This document shows positions 1-9,624 of a stretch of 36,447 bases of DNA, piece after piece (positions within the stretch are counted from its first letter, which is position 1; each line of letters starts with the position of its first letter). The position numbers and the translations under genes were made by a program. Under the pieces are notes generated by a model, which saw only the letters and a list, made by a program, of their open reading frames with translations, was not told the DNA's origin and made no database searches. The stretch is from a virus: IMG/VR virus record IMGVR_UViG_3300005976_000005, positions 1 through 36,447 of that record; one strand, 5' to 3'.

Positions 1-287
1 GTAATTAATCCTTTAATTCTTTTAATAAAGTTACCTTTACCACCAAAGATAACCTTATCTTTTTTAATCAAACCTTTAGCTTTATTAACCGCTACTTTAA
101 TTATGGATGCATCAAGCATCCCTATATTGTTCATTTTCTCTTTAACAATCTTTTCAATATCGCTTAACTTAGCTTTAGGATTTTCCTTAAATCTATTATA
201 CGAAAATCTAATTACATTATTAAATTGCCTAATGTAATCTTCGTTAATGTTTATTTGATTTTGTATTTTAAATTTATAGGTTATCAT
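1..287 (-). CDS. tnpB: TnpB-like nuclease, 5' part (truncated by window edge); second copy with no upstream tnpA
   Basis: ATG at 287 reads MITYKFKIQNQININEDYIRQFNNVIRFSYNRF...IKVAVNKAKGLIKKDKVIFGGKGNFIKRIKGLIT, paralogous to 7731-9068; nt 1-103 identical to 8785-8887. Confidence 0.85.
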   Translation of the reverse strand, partial: MITYKFKIQNQININEDYIRQFNNVIRFSYNRFKENPKAKLSDIEKIVKEKMNNIGMLDASIIKVAVNKAKGLIKKDKVIFGGKGNFIKRIKGLI

Positions 288-423
288 AAAATATCTGTAA
301 ATGTTAAGATTTTATTATTATTTATACAATTATATTTTTACATAAAATTACAAAGAAATTAAAATTATTTATCACCAGTTATAACACCGTATCTTTCTAT
401 ATATGGCATTACTTCAGTAACCA

Positions 424-552
424 TTATATAAACATTTCTTCGTAAGGTTGACTTACTTTCTTTGGAATATTGTTTATTTTGTAAATAAATAATTTTACTA
501 AAGCCAGAAAAAATATAACTCCAATTACGATAAGTCCTTTTTTATTTTTCAT
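424..552 (-). CDS. small membrane protein, 42 aa
   Basis: Hand-translated MKNKKGLIVIGVIFFLALVKLFIYKINN...; GGAGG RBS upstream; one hydrophobic stretch. Confidence 0.5.
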   Translation of the reverse strand: MKNKKGLIVIGVIFFLALVKLFIYKINNIPKKVSQPYEEMFI

Positions 553-568
553 AATTCAACCTCCTATT

Positions 569-645
569 TGGTACTGGCGGTGGGATTCGAACCCACACTG
601 TACTGGGCTTAAACCAGTTGCCTCTGCCAGTTGGGCTACGCCAGC
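569..645 (-). tRNA. tRNA-Leu(TAA), short variable loop
   Basis: Cloverleaf GCTGGCG...ACTGG-TTTAAGC-CCAGT...GTGGG-TTCGAAT-CCCAC-CGCCAGT-ACCA; encoded CCA, discriminator A. Confidence 0.9.
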
Positions 646-650
646 AAAAA

Positions 651-726
651 TGGTACTCGGAGAGGGTTCGAACCCACACTGTACGGTGTTTGAAACCGTC
701 GCCTTTGCCAGTTGGGCTATCCGAGC
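651..726 (-). tRNA. tRNA-Leu(CAA), short variable loop, imperfect T-arm
   Basis: GCTCGGA/TCCGAGT acceptor, ACGGT-TTCAAAC-ACCGT anticodon arm, GGTTCGAA, ACCA end; T-arm one nt short with a mismatch. Confidence 0.8.
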
Positions 727-742
727 ATTCGTTCTTATTTAT

Positions 743-771
743 AATATAACATTTTCATTTACTTGTGTCAA
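743..771 (-). promoter_or_regulatory. sigma70-type promoter for the tRNA pair
   Basis: TTGACA-17nt-TATATT; same promoter type at 2739-2767, 7538-7566, 12433-12461, 16851-16879, 18841-18869. Confidence 0.75.
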
Positions 772-859
772 GATTTTTCCTTTTTCATTTTCCCAAGCCT
801 CAGTATACTTCTCGTACTCCGCAAAAAGAAAAACCATAAAGGCTGGTTATGCGAAGAGA

Positions 860-2173
860 TTAACCAGCCTTCATGTTCATGATTGGTACAACCCTATTCA
901 AAATAGAAGCGGTTGGTTCAATAGATGCTTCTATGATTGACGAACTCTTATATACCAAAGGTGATTCATCCTTTGGCTTTTCAGAAGCGAATATTCCATT
1001 CATAGCACTTTCGGCCATCTCATCTGAAATCTTCTTCCTAGCCTGAGAACGAGACATGAGCCTACCCGCTCCATGTGGAGCGGAACAGTTCCACTCTGGA
1101 TTTGACTTACCCTCGCAGATAAGAATACCATCTCTTGGATTGAAAGGAATAATCATTCGCTCACCAACATAAGAACGGATAGCACCCTTACGAATAACAA
1201 AGTCACGGAAGTCGATGAAGTTGTGAACGGTTTCAATCCTGTCAACTGGCTCTACACCAAGAATGTCAAGAATGATATCCGCAATCCTCATCCTATTAAC
1301 CTCAGCAAACTTCTGAGCAAATATCATATCGTAAAGGTATCCCATTGCGTGCTCGTCCTCGAGCCACTGAAGGTCCTTAGAAAGATTATCATTTTCAAAA
1401 ACGTCAAGACCAAGCTCCTTACGAGCCTCCTTGATCTTCTTCTTGATCTCCATTCCAGAATAGTCCTGACGAATCTTCTCGATACGATTCCTGAACTCTT
1501 CATTCTTCTGGTCACGAATAACCTTGGAAGCCATGTTCTGCCAGTAGTCACAAACACACTTACCAAAGTTACGAGAACCAGTGTGAATAACAATCCAGTA
1601 GTCACCGTTTCCGTCATGTCCAAATTCACAAAAATGATTGCCGCCGCCGATAGTTCCAATGGACTTTACAGTACGACCAAGATCAGCACCGATGGTCTTA
1701 CACTTCTGCTCGAACCAGTTGATGTCGTATCCGTCGAAGTAATGGTTGGTTCCGAACTTCTCATTGTAAGCCAAAGAGAAGTTGTGAGCAAGAGTCTTAA
1801 CATCTCGCCAAGGGAAGTTCTTCATATCGTACTTGTCATGGCTTGACTGACCGTGAACATCAAAGCCAAAAGGAACACGCTTTCGAATCTTGTGGTCAAG
1901 CTTCGACATGGTAAGAGGAAGCTCCTTACCGATATTCAATGCCAACATCCCACATCCAATGTCAACAGATACCACGGCTGGAATAATCTTATCAGTCATA
2001 GGCATCGTGAATCCGATACAGCTTGACTTTCCAGTATGACAATCTGGCATAATACGAACTGGATTAGTAAAAACAGGATGGTTAACTAAGCCGTGAATCT
2101 GTCCAACACAAGCATCCTCAACATCGTCAATCATAACCTTAGCGTTAGTATACTTTCCATTGATCTCAAACAT
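860..2173 (-). CDS. rtcB: RtcB family RNA ligase (2',3'-cyclic phosphate / 5'-OH)
   Basis: Motifs MPDCH, DIGCGM, GGGNHF, HTGSRN, HN...RKGA, SAPHGAGR; start moved to the ATG with AGGAGA RBS. Confidence 0.95.
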   Translation of the reverse strand: MFEINGKYTNAKVMIDDVEDACVGQIHGLVNHPVFTNPVRIMPDCHTGKSSCIGFTMPMTDKIIPAVVSVDIGCGMLALNIGKELPLTMSKLDHKIRKRVPFGFDVHGQSSHDKYDMKNFPWRDVKTLAHNFSLAYNEKFGTNHYFDGYDINWFEQKCKTIGADLGRTVKSIGTIGGGNHFCEFGHDGNGDYWIVIHTGSRNFGKCVCDYWQNMASKVIRDQKNEEFRNRIEKIRQDYSGMEIKKKIKEARKELGLDVFENDNLSKDLQWLEDEHAMGYLYDMIFAQKFAEVNRMRIADIILDILGVEPVDRIETVHNFIDFRDFVIRKGAIRSYVGERMIIPFNPRDGILICEGKSNPEWNCSAPHGAGRLMSRSQARKKISDEMAESAMNGIFASEKPKDESPLVYKSSSIIEASIEPTASILNRVVPIMNMKAG

Positions 2174-2184
2174 TTTTATCTCCT

Positions 2185-2433
2185 TTACCATTCAATTCCG
2201 CGTTCGTCTTCTGCTTTACATTCCTCACATATTGTATTTTTAAGATTTATTACCAACTGTTCTCTTTTATAAAGATATAAAATAACTTCAAGCAGTTCTT
2301 CCTTAGAAAGATTTTCATCAATTTGCTTTCCTTTATAGTGAATATACTTACGCATATCATCCAAAGTTAAGCCAAGAATATATTCTTTTCTTTCTTCGAA
2401 TTCAGTAGATACTATTAGAAAACTTCCATCCAA
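2185..2433 (-). CDS. hypothetical protein
   Basis: ORF in operon orientation; start uncertain. Confidence 0.5.
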   Translation of the reverse strand: MDGSFLIVSTEFEERKEYILGLTLDDMRKYIHYKGKQIDENLSKEELLEVILYLYKREQLVINLKNTICEECKAEDERGIEW

Positions 2434-2607
2434 TTGTTAGATCAGCAATACGAGTTCTTGCCGCAGTGTAATCTTTGTAGTTGTCCCATTCTCCACCACA
2501 ATTATATACAACGAATACATATTCGTTATCAGAAAGGCTTTTTACAATACCCTTTTCGTGTATGTCGAATGAGTGGTAAGTTACTTTTGTCCAACTTTGA
2601 ATTTCAT
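2402..2607 (-). pseudogene. frameshifted small phage protein (MKFKVGQK/VTYHSFDIHEKGIVKS...)
   Basis: Adding one A to the A-run near 2585 gives a continuous ~68-aa ORF with a typical phage MKFKVGQKV start. Confidence 0.45.
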
Positions 2608-2776
2608 TATTGTACTCACTTTCAAAAATTCTGACACTGGTAGGGGCGGGGTTTAAGCGCCATATTGACCCGCCCTGAAGGCATCAGATACTCAGTCTAA
2701 TAACCCGATGCGCTAGTGTCCACGCATCAACATTTAATAATATAATCAATGTTGAAGGAAAAGTCAATAGTTTTTT

Positions 2777-3362
2777 TCAAATCCAATGATTTTCCCATTC
2801 CTGAAGATTTTTGAATGGAGAATAGTACTTCTTACCTTCTAAAACAAGATGCCATTTATCCCAACCAGCCAAATTTTCTGGGTACCATCCAAATTCTTTG
2901 GCTAAATCTTCGGCTTTGTCCTCTGGCATTCCTTCCAATATATATTTGACCTTGAAAGCACCATAGTAAGGCTGAATGTTATTTCTGATACAGATATCAA
3001 AACCGTGCTCAAGAATATCCCAAACCTTATCAAAGTCTACTTCTCCATTCAAATAAATGTTGTAAAGTCTACTATTATGGATAAAGTTGTGACATGAGTG
3101 ACAAAGAGCAACTATTTCCTTAAGTTCTACCGTTCCCGTATTCCAATCAATGTCATAATCCTCATGTGCTTCTAACCATTTATGATAATAAGCACTTCTT
3201 TTAGGGACACCACAAGCCCAACATTTATATCCATGGGTTGCGTATGCTTCTTTTCTTTTGATATTCCACCAGTCCTTTCCAAGGATTGATCTTGGATTGA
3301 CTGTGTGAAGTGGCTTAGGAATGTTTGGTGCTGATAAAATTTCTGGTCTCCAAAAACTCATT
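2777..3362 (-). CDS. HNH endonuclease-like protein
   Basis: CWAC...LEAHE...LCHSCHNFIH Zn/HNH pattern; likely start MSFWRPE. Confidence 0.75.
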
Positions 3363-3363
3363 T

Positions 3364-3528
3364 TCAATCCTTGATGTAAACTTTGTACCAACCATTTTCA
3401 AGAGTATCGATTTTTGAAATTTCATATTCGAAGTCTTTTGCTTCTTGTGGGTTGTCAAGAATAATAAATTGCTTGCTGCTGCTACATGATAGTATCAGTA
3501 GCAAAATTATCATTATGATTTTCTTCAT
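3364..3528 (-). CDS. small lipoprotein, 54 aa
   Basis: Hand-translated MKKIIMIILLLILSC-SSSKQFIILDNP...; basic N-terminus, hydrophobic core, lipobox-like ILSC. Confidence 0.6.
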   Translation of the reverse strand: MKKIIMIILLLILSCSSSKQFIILDNPQEAKDFEYEISKIDTLENGWYKVYIKD

Positions 3529-3595
3529 AGCTGGTTCTCCATGTTTTGTAAGATTCCCATCTCATATCTCAACTGTAGACATTCTTGTCATCATT

Positions 3596-4360
3596 TTAAT
3601 TCTCGAAAAGTTGAGAAATTCCAGTATCATAAACACAAGATTCGTCTATTCTTTCTTTAGCAATTTTTAAATATGATTCTGAAATATCAATTCCAATATA
3701 ATGATGTCCCAATTCTTTGGCGACAACTGCTGTTGTTCCACTTCCAATATAAGGGTCTAAAATTGTTTTGTGTGAATTATTATCATATAATGACATAATT
3801 ATTCTTTTTGGTAGTTCCTTAGGAAATGGCGCAGGATGGTTTTTTATTTTTGTTTCTGGAGGAAATCTCCAAATAGAACCCATTTTTGCCCATTTAGATT
3901 TTAGCTCAATACCTCTATCATTTTTATTAAGAGGTTTATATAACCAATATATTCTTTCGTCAACATTCCAAAATCTCCATCCACGAATATTTGAAGCAAT
4001 TACTCTATCCCATATAATTTCCTGTTTTAATTTCCAAGGTGTTTTGTTTAGCCAATTAAAAGGAGATATTGCGCTTCCGTTTATATATCTTACTTTATGG
4101 TTATAAAAGCAACTTCCACCAGGAAAAGTTCCTTCCCAAATTTTGCTTAATAAATCAATTTGCTCCTGTTGATAAAATTCCTCTGGCTTACTATCCGAAA
4201 AATTGTCGTAGATTACTGCTTTGGTTATTTTACCAGAATTTTTCTTTTCATATTTATTGTATGGAGGACTTGTAATAGTACAATCTATAAACTCTCCGTT
4301 TTTTGAAATTAAATCAGATATAATTTCAATATTTGTTCCCAAAATTAAAGTATCTTTCAT
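3596..4360 (-). CDS. DNA amino-methyltransferase, beta class (N4-C/N6-A)
   Basis: TSPPY catalytic motif precedes HPAPFP and ILDPYIGSGTT SAM-binding motif. Confidence 0.92.
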   Translation of the reverse strand: MKDTLILGTNIEIISDLISKNGEFIDCTITSPPYNKYEKKNSGKITKAVIYDNFSDSKPEEFYQQEQIDLLSKIWEGTFPGGSCFYNHKVRYINGSAISPFNWLNKTPWKLKQEIIWDRVIASNIRGWRFWNVDERIYWLYKPLNKNDRGIELKSKWAKMGSIWRFPPETKIKNHPAPFPKELPKRIIMSLYDNNSHKTILDPYIGSGTTAVVAKELGHHYIGIDISESYLKIAKERIDESCVYDTGISQLFEN

Positions 4361-4971
4361 TTGGAATTTTTTTCCTGTATAAAATCAAAAAGTTTTTTTG
4401 TCATGTTTTTTCTATATTTTATATAGTCACTTGACAAATATTCTAATGATAAATTTTCATTTTTAATATGAATAAATGACCAAGAGCAGCTTCTTATATA
4501 TTCATTACTTATGTCTCCGTTTGGTAATTTCTTATTGAGTTGTTTCAAAAGATGATTCTTAAACTCTTCGCAGTTGAATGGAAATGTTATTATATAAATT
4601 AATTTTCCATCTACAAAACCTGACATAATCATATTTAATTTATCAATAGAGCATTTGTTAAATTTTTTCCAAGTAAAATCACTAAAAGAACCTCCTAAGT
4701 TTAGACGGCGTTTACTATCTCTATCTACATTCTGAGGTTTTATTTCACATGGTAATTTTTCTTTATAACCATCATATCCTAGTTTTTCGGTCGAGTGTTT
4801 GTATCCAGCAATATGACAAGATACCATTTCTCTAAGAAAAGAAGAATTCTTATCAGAAACATAAGTTGATAAAATTTCTTTTACGACTTTAATTAAGTTT
4901 TGAGATTTTAAAAAATTTTCAAAATCATTATCAGACTTAGTAATAAAATTTAAAGCAATTTCTTCAATCAT
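4357..4971 (-). CDS. putative Type II restriction endonuclease (PD-(D/E)XK)
   Basis: GYDG...CEIK motif; ATGA overlap with the MTase; both genes very AT-rich. Confidence 0.55.
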   Translation of the reverse strand: MIEEIALNFITKSDNDFENFLKSQNLIKVVKEILSTYVSDKNSSFLREMVSCHIAGYKHSTEKLGYDGYKEKLPCEIKPQNVDRDSKRRLNLGGSFSDFTWKKFNKCSIDKLNMIMSGFVDGKLIYIITFPFNCEEFKNHLLKQLNKKLPNGDISNEYIRSCSWSFIHIKNENLSLEYLSSDYIKYRKNMTKKLFDFIQEKNSK

Positions 4972-4993
4972 ATCACAATATTCTTTCTTTAAG

Positions 4994-5161
4994 TTACCAA
5001 ATTTCTTCTATAAATTCTGACAAACATTCTCCGCAATCACAAATACTATCATGACTCCAAATAGCTTGTTCAAATAAACCAGCTATTTGCTCATTTGTCA
5101 ATGAAGCAATACCATGGTCTCTGACTCTTCTTACAATTTCATTAAGTTCTTTACAGTTCAT
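4994..5161 (-). CDS. hypothetical protein, 55 aa
   Basis: Hand-translated MNCKELNEIVRRVRDHG...CDCGECL; AGGAGA RBS. Confidence 0.55.
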   Translation of the reverse strand: MNCKELNEIVRRVRDHGIASLTNEQIAGLFEQAIWSHDSICDCGECLSEFIEEIW

Positions 5162-5170
5162 AATATCTCC

Positions 5171-6102
5171 TTACTTGTATTCTGTTCCACCTTTACGTGT
5201 AAGATACTGGTCGAAAACATACTTCATAATGACTCTCCCGACTCTTTCGTCGTATCTTTCAACGTAAGGAGTAATTACAACAGTATTCGTCCGGGTTTTT
5301 GAACTTATTAGGATTACAATGATATATGTCTCCATATACTTCAACAATTATATTGAGTTCATAACAAAAAAAATGCTAAAATCAAAAATAATTTTCAATA
5401 TCATCACTTTCGTTTAAATATTTTGCGCTTGATAAAAGTTTTCTTTTGACGTAAAACATTTAAGACTCTATTAATTTCAAATTCTTTTGTTTTTTCATTA
5501 AATGAAACAACAAAATCTCCTTTACAAATATCTTTTATAAATTTTTCCTCTCCATTTGCCATTAAAATCTTTGTTTGATAATTAACACACCCATGAATCT
5601 TCTCAGTAATATAAACTTTTTCACCCGGTTGAATAACATCAGGATAGTTCCTCATATTTTCAATCTCAGTATACTTGTCAAAGAGAGTATGAGGAGTTTC
5701 GGCGTCTTGAACGTTAAGCTTTACTGGAGGCTCCCATTTGGTTACACCAAGAGCCTCAGTAAGGTCCATTCCATCACTGAAACTTCTTTGGTCAGAAGGA
5801 TGAGGATAGATGTAGTCTTCAGCTTTGTTAACCGGCCAAAGCAGACCATAGGAAGGTTCTCCACGAAGCTTAGCAGCTTTTACTCTTCCGTGTGCTAGGT
5901 ACTTCGTAATTCCAATGTGGTCAGAGAGTTCTTTTGGAAGAACCGAGTCAAGAGGAAAGTAGACACAAAGGTCACCAACTTTGAACTCTTCCTTTTTGAC
6001 AGCACATTGCCAACCTTTTACGATGGCAATTTCAAGAGCATCTGCGTTTGGATGTTCTTTGATTTCGTCAATCTTTACTACTTCGACCTTTAGTGTTGCC
6101 AT
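5171..6102 (-). pseudogene. Rnl2/DRB0094-family RNA ligase interrupted by an intein and internally deleted
   Basis: HPNADALEIA N-terminal domain; motif I TEKIHG followed by intein N-terminus CVNYQTKILMANGEEKFIKDI (5404-5589); endonuclease-like remnant at 5283-5360; ligase C-terminus VVITPYVERYD...GRVIMKYV...RKGGTEYK at 5171-5281. Confidence 0.8.
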
Positions 6103-6313
6103 TATACTTCTTCTCCTTCAAAAATTCTAATGATAGTTTACTAATTCCTATAGAAGTCTCAAGATATGCTACAGACTTATCTGCCTCTGATTTCATAGCA
6201 CTTTCTTTCATCAACTCATCACATGCTTCTTTCAAGATTTCAAGACCGTTCTCACAGTTCAAGAAAATCTTGGCCATTCCTTTGGTTATTTTTCTTTCTT
6301 CTTCATTCATCAT
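6068..6313 (-). CDS. hypothetical protein
   Basis: ORF overlapping neighbours in the operon. Confidence 0.6.
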   Translation of the reverse strand: MMNEEERKITKGMAKIFLNCENGLEILKEACDELMKESAMKSEADKSVAYLETSIGISKLSLEFLKEKKYNGNTKGRSSKD

Positions 6314-7503
6314 TTTTAAAGACCTTACAGTTTTTGATTGTAGTGATTTTGGTTCCTTTGAACTCGTCGTGCTTCTTTACTCTACCAGAGATTACTATTT
6401 CATCTCCCTCTTTGAAGTTGAGACTTGTCGATGTCCACCAGTTCAGAATATTATTATCATTGTCTTCCAGTACGACTAAAGAAGTGTTTCCAAACATTGT
6501 TGACACTTCTTTTATGTTTCTGACTGTCGCTGCTGACTCTATCTTTTCTCCAACTGTTCCTATATAGTTACTTTCCTTTTTGGCTTCTCTTTTTCCAAAA
6601 CCCTCAACTTCTTTCATGTAGTCAAATACAGCCCAAGCAAGATATCCAAGTTGAGGTCTATTCATGTCGAGTGCTACATTGACATTGTTGGTAAAGTTAT
6701 CTTTGTTGTCCTTGCTTTTCCAATACTCAACCATTCTATCAAACTCAAATCCGTCTGAAAGCTTCAGCACATTGACAATCTCCATTCTAAGATTGTCAAT
6801 TTCTTCTGATGTTAGGAAAGAAAGTGATGGATGAAAATATTGATTAGCTTCATCCTTAGTCGATGCTCCGTGCCATCCGCCAGAGTGATACTTACCATCT
6901 CTCTTGATTATTCCATAGCACAACCTACAGAATGTTTTCTTGTCAAGAGGATTTGACTTTATCCATCTTCCTTCAAATATTCCTCTAAGAGAAGCTCCAA
7001 TTTTTCCTTTGGAGAAGAAGTCAAATAGATTTTGAACTTTGCTGGCTACATTTATACCAAAGTACTGCTTGGAGCAAGTGCTAGCAATCATCAGTTCATC
7101 ACCATCTTCATTTCTGAAGATGTGAACCGTTTTCCTTCTTCTATTTGTATGACAGTGATCGCACCTGAAGTTTGTATCAAAGTATTTGGAGAAGTCATCA
7201 TCGAGTGAAGTAAAGACCTGATTGCCTTCTTCGTCTTCACATTCCTTCTTGAGTGTAGCAATGTATTCGTATCCATTCCATTTAATGACTGGGAGATTTA
7301 CAGTGATGTCATAAACAAGAAATGTTACAGGGAACTTCAATCCAGTAGCAGATGTTTTGTAGACTTCTTTTTCGGTCTTTTTCCAAGTAACAAGTGTCGA
7401 ATACTTTTTGTCGAACTTCTTAGCTATTTTGTTAAGCTCGCTAACGATAGCTTCGTCCATATCGTATGGACTTTCGAAAGTGTACTTCTCGACATTTTTC
7501 ATA
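6303..7503 (-). CDS. phage protein with CxxC Zn site and probable C-terminal OB-fold
   Basis: CDHCHTNRRR...C; C-terminal YIGTVGEKI...GRVKKHDEFKGTKITTIKNCKV OB-like pattern; own promoter at 7538-7566. Confidence 0.65.
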
Positions 7504-7730
7504 ACGTATCCCTTCGACAAATCATTCTCATAACAATAATATAATCAATTAACGGCGAATTGTCAATAGCTTTTTCAAAATTTTTGTATAAGGAAAAGCC
7601 CAGAAACAACAAGGGCTGTACCGATCCATTGAGGTAAGGAGAATCTTGTGCCAGAAAAGAACATTAGGCTGAATGTCCATGTTATTACGGCTAATGAGTC
7701 GTATAATATAGCATCAAACAGTTAGATATT

Positions 7731-9068
7731 TTATGTACAAATATGCAACATGATGTTGCTATTGTGAGAAAATAACCTAAAAGAATTTCCAAAGAATTTA
7801 TCTTTGGAAAAAAGAAACCTATAACTGGATTTAGATTTCTTAAAAACATTATATAGTTCTATCCATGATTTAATATTGTTTGATTTATTCTTTAGTGTTT
7901 TCTTCCAATGATCATCTAAAGAACCAATATTAAATTTTGGGAAAACTATATCTTGTTTTGGTATTGATTTTTCTTTATATATTTTATTAAATAAATATCC
8001 TCTTCTTGATAGTTCAATTGACGCACCAACAGAATCTATATCATCAGGATTATTAATTTGTCCTATAAAAGATGAATATTGGGGTGCAACCTCTTGATAC
8101 TTTATGTTCTCTATATTACATCTTTTAATTAAATTTTGTATGAACGGTTGTCTTAACCAATTATTGTTTACTAATCTGTTAAACCTTTTACCTTTTTTAT
8201 GATTTTTACTTTTCATGTTTAACTTCTCAAAACATACAAGATCACAATTATAATGTTTAACAAGATTGATAATGTATTTTGAAACATTAAAAACTTCATG
8301 TCTTCTTTTATTGTTTACCTTAATTTTCTTTTTATCAGTTGAAGGCAACATGTCGTTTAATTCTTTAAAAGAAATAATTTCCTTATGAATAACTTCTTTA
8401 TTGTCTTGATCTCTCCAATCAATTATGGATAACCCAATATAGTTTGGATTCAAATCAAATGACAAAATACGATCATTAATTACTTTACGTTCCCCTTGTT
8501 TTATTAAATTCTCATCTATAACAATCCAAACATAATCATTGTTTATCTCTATTGAAAAACAACCTTTATTCTCTTCGGACAATATCTGCACCTTACTTAA
8601 GATTGACTTTTGATTCTTGTTCATTCTTGGTAACTGAACATTTATATGTGTCTGTTTATTTAACTTTAATAATATTGAATTATCTTCTATAATTCTTAAT
8701 TCAGATTTTCTATTACCTTTATTATCTGATTTAGAACCTCTTAACATTAGAGGAAAATTCCTTAAATCTTTCCATTCATCTTTAGTAATTAATCCTTTAA
8801 TTCTTTTAATAAAGTTACCTTTACCACCAAAGATAACCTTATCTTTTTTAATCAAACCTTTAGCTTTATTAACCGCTACTTTAATTAAAGAACTATCAAG
8901 AAACTTTATATTGTTCATCCTTGACTTAACCAACTTCTCAACATCAGACAAAGATAATTTAGTGTCCTCTTGAAATCTATTATATGAAAACCTAATCACG
9001 TTATTAAACTCCCTAACGTAATCATCAATATCTATTTTATTCATTATCTTGAATTTATAGGTTATCAT
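7731..9068 (-). CDS. tnpB: TnpB-like RNA-guided nuclease (RuvC), no canonical Zn ribbon
   Basis: RuvC-I SFDLNP, RuvC-II FEKL, YSSFIG, RuvC-III DSVGASIELSRRG; downstream of IS607 tnpA. Confidence 0.85.
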   Translation of the reverse strand: MITYKFKIMNKIDIDDYVREFNNVIRFSYNRFQEDTKLSLSDVEKLVKSRMNNIKFLDSSLIKVAVNKAKGLIKKDKVIFGGKGNFIKRIKGLITKDEWKDLRNFPLMLRGSKSDNKGNRKSELRIIEDNSILLKLNKQTHINVQLPRMNKNQKSILSKVQILSEENKGCFSIEINNDYVWIVIDENLIKQGERKVINDRILSFDLNPNYIGLSIIDWRDQDNKEVIHKEIISFKELNDMLPSTDKKKIKVNNKRRHEVFNVSKYIINLVKHYNCDLVCFEKLNMKSKNHKKGKRFNRLVNNNWLRQPFIQNLIKRCNIENIKYQEVAPQYSSFIGQINNPDDIDSVGASIELSRRGYLFNKIYKEKSIPKQDIVFPKFNIGSLDDHWKKTLKNKSNNIKSWIELYNVFKKSKSSYRFLFSKDKFFGNSFRLFSHNSNIMLHICT

Positions 9069-9624
9069 TATCTATTTGTTCCTTAATTTTTTTTGCCTTA
9101 TTATACCCTCTTCTTAATCCATATAATCTACAACAAAAAGAAGTTATGATAGAAATTAAATCTTTTATTAAATCCTTTTCATCTTCTTTATCTTTATTCA
9201 TGACCTCAATTTTACATCCTATTTTATTTAGTAATCGTTCAATATAATTAAAACCAAATCTTGTTAATCTATCTTTATATTCTATAACGATTATAGATGG
9301 TATTGAATCTATCATTTTCCATAATTCCCTTCTATTATCATTCATCCCAGATGCAACCTCTTTATAAACTTTTTCTATTGAATATCCTTTTGCATTTGAA
9401 TATTCTATACATCTATTAACTTGATATTCCATTTCTTCTTTTCGTGAATGATTACTGACCCGACAATAAACAACTACTTTACTTTTGGTATCTTTAGATT
9501 CCTTATCAACTAATATTGTACCCGTACTTAATTGTCTTGAATTTGGTATTAATCCATCTTTAAACCACCTATATGCAGTTCTATAACAAACCCCTTGTTC
9601 TTTAGCATAATCTGATAATTTCAT
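9055..9624 (-). CDS. tnpA: IS607 transposase (MerR-like HTH + serine recombinase)
   Basis: MKLSDYAKEQGVCYRTAYRW HTH, YCRVS, EVASGMN, EYKDRLTRFGF, SFCCRLYG; GGAGG RBS. Confidence 0.95.
   Translation of the reverse strand: MKLSDYAKEQGVCYRTAYRWFKDGLIPNSRQLSTGTILVDKESKDTKSKVVVYCRVSNHSRKEEMEYQVNRCIEYSNAKGYSIEKVYKEVASGMNDNRRELWKMIDSIPSIIVIEYKDRLTRFGFNYIERLLNKIGCKIEVMNKDKEDEKDLIKDLISIITSFCCRLYGLRRGYNKAKKIKEQIDNDNL

Noticed and set aside
650-940. 96-aa plus-strand ORF
   Set aside because: Antisense to a tRNA, its promoter and the rtcB 3' end
7731-9068. Cas12f/Cas14 effector
   Set aside because: No CRISPR array nearby; directly coupled to IS607 tnpA inside defined element ends
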